This document shows positions 13,501-24,535 of a DNA stretch of 64,000 bases, piece by piece; positions within the stretch are counted from its first letter, which is position 1, and each line of letters begins with the position of its first letter. Made by a program: the position numbers and the translations under genes. The notes under the pieces are model-generated. The model saw only the letters and a list, made by a program, of their open reading frames with translations, made no database searches and was not told where the DNA came from. The stretch comes from Tubulanus polymorphus (taxonomy: Eukaryota; Animalia; Nemertea): the NCBI RefSeq assembly GCF_964204645.1, contig NC_134031.1, forward strand, positions 18,793,910 through 18,857,909, in the 5' to 3' direction.

Positions 13501-13989
13501 TGGAGCGAAACAAGTTTCTCCAGCGAATACAGAGATTATTTTGCGCGCTATCAGTATTCTGAAGGCATAACCGGGGGGGATATTTTTTAATCTTCAGGTG
13601 TTGCAACAATATTTCTTATCTAGTAACTAGTTACCAGTTGTAGAGGTTTTCGAACAGTGAAGTTTCATCCCTACAGACAATGTAAAATGTTTAGAAAAAC
13701 TTTGCGCGCTTCACTTCATAAACAAAAACCTAAAACTGATATTCAGGCGCTCTGTTAGGTAAGAGTTGTGTATACAAATTACGCAGAAGATGAGAATTCG
13801 AAAAATCTTTCCGCGCTTATAGCTCAAATATTCATATTCGACGACCCCCCTCTCGCTGTCTGCAGGCCTTGGTAAGAGGAAGCCTACACGAAACTAGGAT
13901 CTGTGTTCAAAATAGATAGAAACAAGGTCTTCTTCCTCAAGATGCCAATCACAGATTGGACTGAAAACTTCTTGAACACCGTCCTGATC

Positions 13990-14160
13990 AACTTCACGAT
14001 CACCTCAACAGCCCAACCAAACTATCAAATCTACGAATGGTGATCAAAATTTGTTCCTTTGTGATTTTATTGGCAAAGCACCATCCACAACAGCATTAAA
14101 TCTTTTTTACTGGACTGGTTTAGAAGGCTGCCAACTTAGACGTAAAGCCATTCACCAGTA
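13990..14160 (+). mobile_element. Possible highly decayed Penelope-like RT fragment
   Basis: Frameshifted LHDHLNS/IKST..DQNL/RKAIH weakly resembles the PLE RT C-terminal pattern (HLNS....IKFT.E....LPFLD...RKPTH). Confidence 0.2.
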
Positions 14161-14224
14161 GACAAACTGCCAGAAGGGGGAGGGGGGTCCGTAGAGGGTC
14201 AATGTAAGGAGCCATCATGCCACA

Positions 14225-14287
14225 ACAGACTAAATTCAGATGGTTCTAGATTTCTAAATAATGCGAACATTCGCGATCGTAGCTTCA
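14225..14287 (-). repeat. 63-bp dispersed repeat, copy 2 (inverted)
   Basis: 62/63 identical to 5987-6049 in inverted orientation. Confidence 0.9.
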
Positions 14288-16557
14288 ATGCACCAGAAAA
14301 ATTATGTTAGACTTTACCCACGATCACAGTTTGATGTATATGAAAATCTACATATATAATACTATTGACGGATCTCTTGTCCAGTTTCCAATAAGTCTCT
14401 CAGCTCGTATAATCATGGCGTGCATAGACTTCAGAGCGATAGAATAAACGCGTGTTGAGGGATTGCGTGCTAACAGCACCAACCCCTCCCTTTACCAGAA
14501 CAAATAATCCTGATTACGTACGAATAGACTTATATAAGTGCGGCTAAATTATATCTGCCGGTTTTATACAGCGTCATATACCTGACTAACTTGTAACCTA
14601 ATCAACCGTCACAAACAACGTATATTTTTATTTCATCGGACGCAAAATTGCTTTCAGCGGAATCGACGAAAGAGGTTTCTGCGTCAGCGGTCGACGGAGG
14701 TGTTTGTGTCGGTATTTCGCGAGGTGACCATACCGCAGCAGCCGGCGGCGCGTGGGGTAATTCGGTTAGCGTGTGATAAGGCGTCGGTGTTAATTAGCGC
14801 CGATTCACGACGATTTCCGGGTGAGATACTATGGTGCCGCGAGTAGAAATAGGACCTGGGACTGATGATCGCCGGCGTTCTCTGCCCTGTCATTAGAGGA
14901 GTAAATAGTTGCGCGTATAGCCGCCCAACTTCAGCATGCGTGTGCAGTTTACCGGTAGAGATGCGGAGAAACGAATGAAATTTATCGAATCGGAAAATAA
15001 TCAAGGCGCTGATATTGAACTAATAAATATGATTTGTTCCGATGATTATCGATCGGGCAGAAATCAATACGTATGCGATGTAAGAGTTTATATCGTGATC
15101 AAAAGTTCTACGGTTTACAAAACGACACCATCGCGCCATTTCGACGTGTACAGGAAAGCCGCCTCATCGGGACAAACCGGGACCAGCAAAATCGACCCGA
15201 CATTAACCATAGTCCCGAGTTAAAGGAAAATAGCTTAGGAAATTAGGAAAATGATTTCGTTTTTTCCCAGTACCCAAAAGTCTAAGTTGGCCATGTTCGA
15301 GCTACGAGCAATTTTGCATGTCCGAATAGGGCTTCCACGCTTGCGTTTGATTGCCTCCCACCGAAGCCCACGCCATTTGTGTTGGCGTGACCTTCGGCGG
15401 GAACAAACCCTGGCAAGCGAAGAAAGAATAAGGTTAGGTTTACTGTAAACATATCGTAATAGTCATCAGAATTCCTGAAGATGACTACTATCTAGGATAT
15501 AGTCAGAAAGTTAAATGAAAAATAGATTATCATCATTATTATTACTATAACTATGCTAGTTCAAGGAAACATTTCAGACCTATTTTTTTGTTGTTTTTAT
15601 TGTGAAATTTTATCATGTATTGTTGAGTCCGTTTGGTTCGGTCCAAAATCAGCCGAGTAGTCGTCATCGAGTAATATGAAAAAGAATTATTAATGAACGT
15701 TATGCGTTGTGAAAATCTCTTTATCTTCCGGATTAAATTCGACAAATCATTATTTTCGGATCCAATTACGCTTCGCTCGTGAGATTAGAGTTCTGTATTG
15801 ACGTCTGGTCGGTGACTTCATTTTTGGCTCCTGTGAGAGTTATATAAGTCACTGGTCGGGTTGAGATTTAACCGGAGCCCTCTGTCAATCATTCAAACCG
15901 TTCAGGCAAAGAATAGGATTATTGTGCTCCACACATCGGATATAAAATGAATGTAGAAATCGAATATCGTCTCCTTACTCTCAGAATCCATAGCGACCAT
16001 TATTAAAACAAATCTATTCACCGAAATGTCTTCATATTCATATGCGGATATGCATCATCTACATTGACCCAATTTCTTTTTAGATTTTTGATAATAATCC
16101 CTGGGATAATCTTCTACTTAATGTTTCTCGATGTTGCCTGGTATCCACGGTCACAACGAAACTAATGGCCCTGAGAACCGGCCTTCAGGCAAGATTCTAA
16201 GACGCTTCGAACCTGCAGCTTTTAAATGCGAGATCATTCTAGAAGTAGTCTTTTCATTTTGACGAGTAAGGCGGGTGCAGATCCCGGCCCCGCGGCTTAA
16301 GTATTGAGATATCTATACTACGAATACTCTAGGGGATCTCCCGATATTCGGGAGGTTGATGGCGGTGATGTATCCTGTATCTTGTCGATATGGTCAATGT
16401 AACCATGGTCCATGATAAGACGGGGATACATTTACGACCGATTTCCGTAAGAAATTCAGGTCAGTGTCATCGGCATATTAGTAATTGAGAATGAGACCGA
16501 AAGCAAATAAGCCCATTTTCGTGTATTGTATGTTGGACTCATCGTTTTAGAGCCCAT

Positions 16558-16650
16558 GGCCCAGTTCCACAGTTTTGAGTAAAGATTTGACTCTGGGTTA
16601 AGACATTGAAACTCAGAGTTAACTCTAACTCACGACTGTGGAACTGGATC
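16558..16650. mobile_element. MITE family A (PIF/Harbinger-like), 93 bp, 3-bp TSD CAT
   Basis: CAT|GGCCCAGTTCCACAGTTTTGAGTAAAGATTTGACTCTGGGTT...AACTCAGAGTTAACTCTAACTCACGACTGTGGAACTGGATC|CAT: ~40-bp imperfect TIRs and a 3-bp duplication. Confidence 0.8.
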
Positions 16651-17463
16651 CATGATTGTATATGTGAACGAGAGAAAGAGAGGTCTGTGTTCTGCGTTGT
16701 TTATGTTGTAAATTCGGCACGAAGAAGAGACAACGAACCCTCGTCCGCGTCCGCGTCCGCGTCCGCCGTGTAGAGTAAGCTGCTTAGCGAGAAGATCCGC
16801 GCAGGTAAAAACACAATAGCGTGAGTCACGGCGAACACATGCAGACGATGTTAGTTTACCTGAGCTGAAGAGAGTTTCATTCAGAGTCGGGAGGATATTC
16901 AACTTCAGCGGGAAATATCCCCTCTGTCTTAATATAAATAAGTGTGTCATCGGGGCATATTGAAGATTCATCCCGAAATTCTAATAGAAATAAGCTTATT
17001 CTAAATTCTGAGACCGAACTGAGTCGGATCAATCGATTCCGGTACACTTTGTGAGGCCAAGCAAGCATTGAAACGAAAACAAGAGGAACTAACTACATTT
17101 CTTTGAAAACAGAAATATGACAAAAGTCACAGCGCGAGAGATATCGATATTGGCGTTTCGAAATAACAATTACAATTGTGAACTTGGCGTTTATTTTTTG
17201 ATTAGATATATATTGTGGTTGAATTATTTCATATTTAGATAATCATTTTTGAGAGGATATATCTGGGCCAGACTGGTTGCCGGTCAATTCAATTCAATAA
17301 TCGATATATTCCAATCCAAATAACTTTATTGATTCTCAATACATTATCTATTGTCGACAATACTAAGTACTGAATGTATTATTTGTCAAGACGTCAATAA
17401 ACTTTAAAGATAGTTTTCTTGTTACAATTGTGAGTAAGAGACAGTGATGTTATGCTCATTTAT

Positions 17464-17500
17464 CCCTTACAAACCCACCACACCGGTCGGGAACGGATTT
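17464..17500 (-). mobile_element. SINE-like family fragment
   Basis: Reverse complement reads CCGTTCCCGACCGGTGTGGTGGGTTTGTAAGGG. Confidence 0.5.
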
Positions 17501-19034
17501 TGAATTCTTCAAACATACAAATTTTAATCGACACTATGGAAATGGGTCCATAATGCCGAGTCTAGAATACACGATTAACGCGAACTCATCGCTACCACGA
17601 GTTGAATCTATCCCACGACAACTACATGAAACTGGGTCTTCCTTCCGTCAGAAAATCAGGTTCAGGTACAGAACACGCGCTCATAAAGAGAAGAGCATTG
17701 TCAATCAGTGCATCTCGGATTTGTCACGGATCGCGTAAAGTGCTCGACGTCGCCGCCGGGCACCTGCAGCGTTCCGGTTCCTCTCTCAAAATGGATTTTC
17801 ACAAACTTATAGCCAGCTGTCAAAACTTTACAGCGAAACAAAGACCCCGCACGTCTTCCTAGCACGAATATCACGAACTAATAGAATTATATACTTAACT
17901 AGCAATTGTTCCGTCGAGTGGAAACGATTTTTAAGAAGGCGACAGTCTCGTGAACTGCTCACCGCGGCGCACGCAGCCGCACACGCTCCGGCGGCAAACC
18001 CTACTACAGATGGCTCATATCTTTACGCGTAATTTCATTACTTATTTTCTAAAACTCATAATTACTGAATCGATTTGTGCGATTGACTGGCTGTTAATAT
18101 AATCCGAATCAATCCAATTTTGAAACTTATTCCGCTGTTATTAATTACTTTGATTAGCTACAAAATAATCGTTTTTATCTTTTGTTCCCAACTCGCTTTA
18201 TTGGGAGAAATTCGTTTTTAATAAAATGCTTTCGATTTCTTTTTCCGTTTTCAGTCTAACGAAGAATTTTCCTTTCAAACATTTTGAGAAAGCTTTGGCC
18301 ATTAAGAATTTTTTCGTTCATTTCGTTTTCTAAAAGAAAATTAACGACTTTCAAAATATGTTTTTGGAGAGTAATATTTTTTCTCATGTCTTTAAACAGT
18401 TTTCAATTCGAATTATATCGATCATTAATTTTTCAACATATTTACTTTTTTTTAGATAGAATATTTATATTTTACGGACAATCTTTATCCTACACTTTCT
18501 ATCATTTGAGGGTTTCGAAAACAATTCGATCCATCAGGTATGAAAGCTATCTCACCGGAGACCTTTACTCCAACCTATCCAAGTCTATTATTATTTTTGA
18601 GATGATATCCCACAGAGTTATTTTTGCGCGAAGAAATCCAATCAAGAATGAAAACGCAGATGGAGGGATTCAATGGCCGAAGGGCGTCTAAAACCGCAAG
18701 AGGTTGTATTTGGGGAAGTCATCCGTGATGGGAGTATTTGTTACGTAATGATATTTTACGGATCGAGGCTACGCAAATTCTGGAAATAGAAATAATAGAT
18801 TAAGATCGATGATGTTTCAATCCCGGAATCAGTGACGGGTGGCCGGAAAATCAATTAAAACGTAGCGTAGGTGACTTGTGAAATCACATTTCAAACAAAG
18901 AACCGACGAGAGATGATTTTTTTGTTGTTGAAAAAAGGAAAGCGAGTTAATTTTGTGAAACAGCGGGTGGGATTATAACATCTGTTTAATTCTGACGGCT
19001 TCGGTTAAAAGAAGTGATTAAATCAGATCCGAAA

Positions 19035-19320
19035 GCTTGCTGGGATTCGAACTCGGAACCTCCAGCGCGGTAGCTGGCGTTCTTGTTATCTTGAAGTAGG
19101 TTGTTCTTCTCGATTTGATATCTATGAAGTTATTTGGTGTTTCCCTACTTATGAACCCATCAGCCAACCACACCACACTTATCGGGAATGAAAAAGAGGG
19201 TTTGATTTTGATATCGGAAATTGAAGTACAGATATAGCTGGATGGCTGGTCCAATTAGATTTTTGTTGTTGTTTAAATCGAAGTACCCCCTCCGGCGTTC
19301 TAACCAATAGACCACTGAGA
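19035..19320 (-). mobile_element. tRNA-derived SINE (A-box head, body, tail) plus an adjacent head fragment with an intact B box
   Basis: Minus strand: TGGTCTATTGGTTAGAACGCC (A-box like), family body TATATCTGTACTTCAATTTCCGA..., then AGAACGCCAGCTACCGCGCTGGAGGTTCCGAGTTCGAATCCC (B box). Confidence 0.6.
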
Positions 19321-20656
19321 TGTAAGTCACCCTGGTATGTGTGGTGACCATTAAGGCGTGGTGACTTTATTCCCAAACCCAATCATTATCTAATTGCATC
19401 AGACAGGAATTTTCAATCTTAAGCTTCTTGCTTCCTAATTTTGGTTACTGGGGGTGGTAAATAATTCCGCAGTCCTCGCCGTGACCTATCCCTACATGCC
19501 CGAGATACCTGAAGTTATTTTCTTAATTGAGAATTCCTCCGAAAGGGGATTGACAATAATCCCCGCCGAGAATATGGCCCAAATAAAAGACACGTCCAAC
19601 TCGAAAGATGATTTGCGCGGTGAATATAATCATTGGAAGCTTAGTCTCCAAATCGCTCGTTGATGAGTTTCAAGCTGAAAACTTCTCTAGCGCCTCTAAT
19701 AGCCATTACAACACTGTGAAAACACTAAACAAAGGTCGACATGTTCTTCCTTGAGTGGCCTAGTCCAAACACCGATACAACAAACATCCATGATGCACCT
19801 GACAGTGCGTCATACTGGACGTTCAGTGTTTGCCATCAGGCTTTACGTTAAGTAGACACGAAAATACCCGATTTTGTTGAAAATAACGCACAATAGACTC
19901 AAATGTCCTGGGAAAAAATTGATGCATTTCGCTACACGCTGTTTCGTTGTCTCAAAGAACTTGGTCCGCTGACAATTATCATCGCATTATCAGAGGAACG
20001 AACATTCAAAAGACAACTGAGAATTCATCAGTCATATTGTCACTTGTCATGTATTTCAATCTTCAAGTCTGAATCGATTCTTATAAAATTTAAGTATTTT
20101 ACTTAAGTTAAGACGTCGCGGCTGTCTTCTTCGATCCACTGCCATTTTAAGCTGTGGTAAGATCAGACGATAATAAACCCCTCCCTGATCCAAAGACGTC
20201 GTCGGTAGATAATTAAAAAGTTAAATGTGGCAGAACTTTCATTTAATATTCCCCGGGTGACATTTAAAATACTCGAGGGTTTTAAAAGCGGTTTTATTTA
20301 TCTATTGATATAATGTTGTCAGCGTAGCTCCGTTTTCTATGATCGGTGATTTTTCGGCGTGTTTCAAAAACGCCTCTTTTCACAAGCAACGTTCAATTGA
20401 GATTTAGATGATAGAAAGATAGGATATTTCGAATCACTACTCAACCGAAACGAAAGAAGACTATATACGATATTTGACTATTAACTATAAACTATTTGGT
20501 TCAGGTGTAGAGACGAGGTAAAGTTATGTAGCATCGACAAAATGAATCTAAGCAGAATTGAAAGTTAAAGAAGATGGGTCATGACGTCATCTACACATTG
20601 AAACCCCTTATCCATCGTCATCCAAAACTTGACAGATTAAGGGGTCTTGTATGTAT

Positions 20657-21379
20657 GAGGGAATAGGTCATAGGTCCAGCAGGGTTGAGGGAATGTATCT
20701 TGGGTCAGGTAGGGGCGAGGAATCGGTCACAGGTCCAGCAGGGTTGAGGGAATGGATCTTTGGTCAGGTAGGGGCGAGGAATGGGTCACAGGTCCAGCAG
20801 GGTTGAGGGAATGGATCTTGGGTCAGGTAGGGGGCGAGGAATGGGTCACAGATCCAGCAGGGTTGAGGGAATGGATCTTGGGTCAGGTAGTGGGCGAGGA
20901 ATGGGTCACAGGTCCAGCAAGGTTGAGGGAATGGATCTTGGGTCAGGTAGGGGGCGAGGAATCGGTCACAGGTCCAGCAGGATTGAGGGAATAGATCTTG
21001 GGTCAGGTAGGGGGCGAGGAATGGGTCACAGGTCCAGCAGGGTTGAGGGAATGGATCTTGGGTCAGGTAGGGGGCGAGGAATCGGTCACAGGTCCAGCAG
21101 GGTTGAGGGAATGGATCTTTGGTCAGGTAGGGGCGAGGAATGGGTCACAGGTCCAGCAGGGTTGAGGGAATGGATCTTGGGTCAGGTAGGGGGCGAGGAA
21201 TGGGTCACAGATCCAGCAGGGTTGAGGGAATAGATCTTGGGTCAGGTAGGGGGCGAGGAATGGGTCACAGGTCCAGCAGGGTTGAGGGAATGGATCTTGG
21301 GTCAGGTAGGGGGCGAGGAATCGGTCACAGGTCCAGCAGGGTTGAGGGAATGGATGTTGGGTCAGGTAGGGGCGAGGAA
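20657..21379. repeat. 60-bp G-rich minisatellite (~12 copies; two ~30-bp subunits)
   Basis: GAGGAATGGGTCACAGGTCCAGCAGGGTT+GAGGGAATGGATCTTGGGTCAGGTAGGGGGC; period 59-60. Confidence 0.95.
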
Positions 21380-23077
21380 GTGGGAAGGTCCATAAAAACC
21401 ATACACACATATACATAAATGTCAGGTGTAATGTTGAATATGGATTTAATGCTAATCAAGACTTTCTAATCAATTGATAGAATGAAGAAAATTTACTTTA
21501 GAACAAAGAAAATCAATATGAATACGGCTATTTATACGTACGACAGGGTTGATTAAAACATCTCTCTCAGTGCAAATCAATGCTTCGAGTTCTAACCGAA
21601 AATGCAGGAAACTTCTTTCAAATATAGAAAAAATGCCCCGCAGCCGTTTTTATAGATGTAAAATGACTGAATTTACCGATATTTCTTCCTTTGATCAGAG
21701 GATGAACAAACTGTTGTACCGAATACATTAATCAATCGCCTACCAGATTTCGTAATTAGTGCGACCAATGGCCGCCACACGAAAATACGATGAATTCATG
21801 AAGAATTTGAAAATGATAGTTGTTGAATTTTTTATACAGAATTGTTGAACTATTTAAAACGTATAGAGTGGAGAGGTTTGCATGTCACGTGTTAGACTCA
21901 TGTGAAAATGGCGGAGAGATAGTTACGTACAACCGTCAAGTTCGAAAGGGTCATCGTATCAGATTCGTGAACTACGCCGATATATCATACCTAGTTCTAT
22001 AAACTTTGTCTTATCAACTTACCTTGATCCTCTGAGAAACCTCGACTCAAATTCCGATCAGTTCACGGCTCAATAACGACGACACTCTGTAAAGACAATA
22101 AGACGTTCTCTATGTTATTTCATTGTACATCGCATAAAAAATTCACGACGGCGCCAGACATCAAACGAGGTACTTTCTGAAAAATTGATATAAATCGCTT
22201 TGAGGAGCGATCATTGGCGCGCGACAGCCCAAAATCGAGCATCAAATACTGGAGAAATATCCGTGTCGTAATTGAGGTTGTTCTAACGCGATTTGAATTC
22301 GGCGCAGGTTCCGAACATTTATCACCGCGACTCACGACGACTATCACGGAACAATGGCTTCTTCGATAGACACGACAAAACGTCGCAGGATTAATAATTA
22401 AGATCGCTTCTCTTTTATAGAGTCAACTATCTTATTACAGAATGGTAAGACAGGCACGAGACAGCGACAGAGCTCGACGGGGTTTCCTAGGTATATAGTT
22501 CCCCTTACTCATCCCGAAGCCGACGAGGCCAGTCGGGTCAGAATACTGTCTGATTTGAAACCGGTACCGCTGTTACAGAATTTTTAACTCTTCGCCGGGC
22601 GAGTCGTGAGTTGATGTTGTTTCCTTGTTTCCGCGCAAAGAGAAAAAACCATACGTAAGAAGAACAATAAATTAGCGAAAGCTCAGGAAAAACCGCCCGT
22701 TGTTTTCTAAATCCCTTCATTCATATTTAACTAGAGTCAGGAGATGTATTTCTCGCATTGTTATCCGGATGATATCAGTGAAACTATTTTATCCAGTGCT
22801 GATGTTTGATCTGGTTAAAGATTTCGGTTAAAAGAACTACGTTTTACTCCAACTCGAAACACGGTAGAACTCTGTGGGATCCATTCCACAAATAGGTTTA
22901 ACTCTAGAAATCTATCTGATTTCTTCATTAAATTCAATTTATCAAAATCCATTTAAGGGTTAATCTTTTTTTGTAAAACTGGATCCAGATCCCGTATTTT
23001 ACAGATATATTTGACTACTATGGAAAATACAAAGAGTAGATTCTGTAAACTCGACCGCCGATCACACAACTATATAT

Positions 23078-23178
23078 ATATATCTGTACTTCGATTTCCG
23101 ATTTCAAAATGAAACCCATTTTTCGCTCCCGGCAGGTGTTGGGTTCGTAAGGGACACCAAATCAAAACAAATCAAACG
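23078..23178 (+). mobile_element. SINE-like family body
   Basis: TATATCTGTACTTCGATTTCCGATTTCAAAATGAAACCCATTTTTCGCTCCCGGCAGGTGTTGGGTTCGTAAGGGACACC. Confidence 0.6.
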
Positions 23179-24366
23179 AAAGAATCTCTCGAGTCCGAGG
23201 ACACATCTGCGAGTTTTAAGATTTGAATGAAATGAAACGCTGTGTACACTTAGTCGTGGAATCGGTCCCAGGAATGTGCGCAGTAGTTGATGTTATTCAG
23301 GGATATGGAGTTGAATATTCAAAGATGACGCGTTGCGCGCCGAGAACCACTATAACCGCTACTACCTAGCCAACACCACACACGCCGCCATTTCAATATT
23401 GAAACGATCAATTTTACTCTTTTGACGTTTTCAATGAATCAGGTTGGTAAAAACCCGCAAAGATGATGGATGGCTCAAAGAGGCAGAGGAGACGACGAAT
23501 GAATTTTGCTCCGTAGGTTTTCTTTCACTCGCAACTCAATGATACCAAAACTACCGGTATAAAAACTCGCCTTATTAAAACAGAAAAAAAATGGCCGCCG
23601 ATAAAATTGATGATTCCGCTGCGATATGCGTTAGTTTAGTGGAAGTTTGCGTGAGTCAGTTCGCAGGAAGGTGTTGTTCGTTTCGAGAAGCCGAATGCAA
23701 TTGATTTCAATTTTTCTAAAGTCGATTTCTTCATTCGAAAACAAAGGAACTCGAAATCGAAAGTTACGTAACTATTACGATATCGTCGTGGGTTTATTTA
23801 GTCAATATTGCTAAAGCGATTTTCCGTGCTCGATTTTTTCCGACGGGTGGTGGAGTAGAATACAGCGAATAGAGACAGCAGCAGCGGCGGCGGATAATAG
23901 AAGAAATCACCTCCTCAGGGTGAAGTATCATTACGTAACTATTCGATTACATCATTAGAATTTCTAAGTGTAATTCAAAATCATTTGCTCTACTCGATCT
24001 GAGATGGGGATCTCTTGTATCTGCCCGATCGGTCGATATGTACATTACCTCTGTTCAGCAAACAATAGATTCACTGGTGTTTTTTGTTCGGATTTGACTG
24101 TGAATCAATGAACTGATTTTTCAACTCGAAAGTCAAACTGCGGAAATTCGGAGCCGGTTCCGCGTTTTCTGATGAGGTTTCGAGCCTTGAGATCGGAAAT
24201 GAACTATTTCTAACTCAGAGTCAAATTTAACGAGGTCTCGTCATTTGCTCGTGCGCTATATATGTTCTCAAGTTCTTAAACAATGGCGTATATAAATATT
24301 GTCAAAGGTTTCTCCAAGGTCTTGTCAAAGAAAAATTATGATAACTTTCTTATTCGTACCTCGATA

Positions 24367-24535
24367 ATTCAGTAGAATCGTGATTAGTTAACTAATTACG
24401 ACCTGCTCATTCTCAATGACTTCCAAGATTCAGTAAAGTTATGATTAGTTAGTTACGACGGCCTTCTCATTCTCAATGACTTCAAAGATTCAGTAAAATT
24501 ATAATTAGTTAGTTACGACGGTCTATTCTCAATGA
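24367..24535. repeat. ~60-bp imperfect tandem repeat (3 copies)
   Basis: ATTCAGTAAA.TTATGATTAGTTAGTTACGACGG...CATTCTCAATGAC repeated three times. Confidence 0.85.

Noticed and set aside
13174-13609. Overlapping ORFs with 13-aa repeats (similar ones at 52162 and 53547)
   Set aside because: Translations of the 39-bp MITE-derived unit.
6050-14224. Autonomous DNA transposon between the 63-bp inverted repeats
   Set aside because: No long ORF, transposase motif or TSD; the interior is ordinary repeat-laden DNA.
19035-19083. A third tRNA gene
   Set aside because: Only the 3' half with a B box is contiguous; there is no acceptor stem and the anticodon-like loop is 6 nt. Interpreted as a SINE head.
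20752-21418. Repetitive Gly/Arg-rich ORFs
   Set aside because: Produced by the 60-bp unit; 59-bp units break the frame, arguing against coding constraint.
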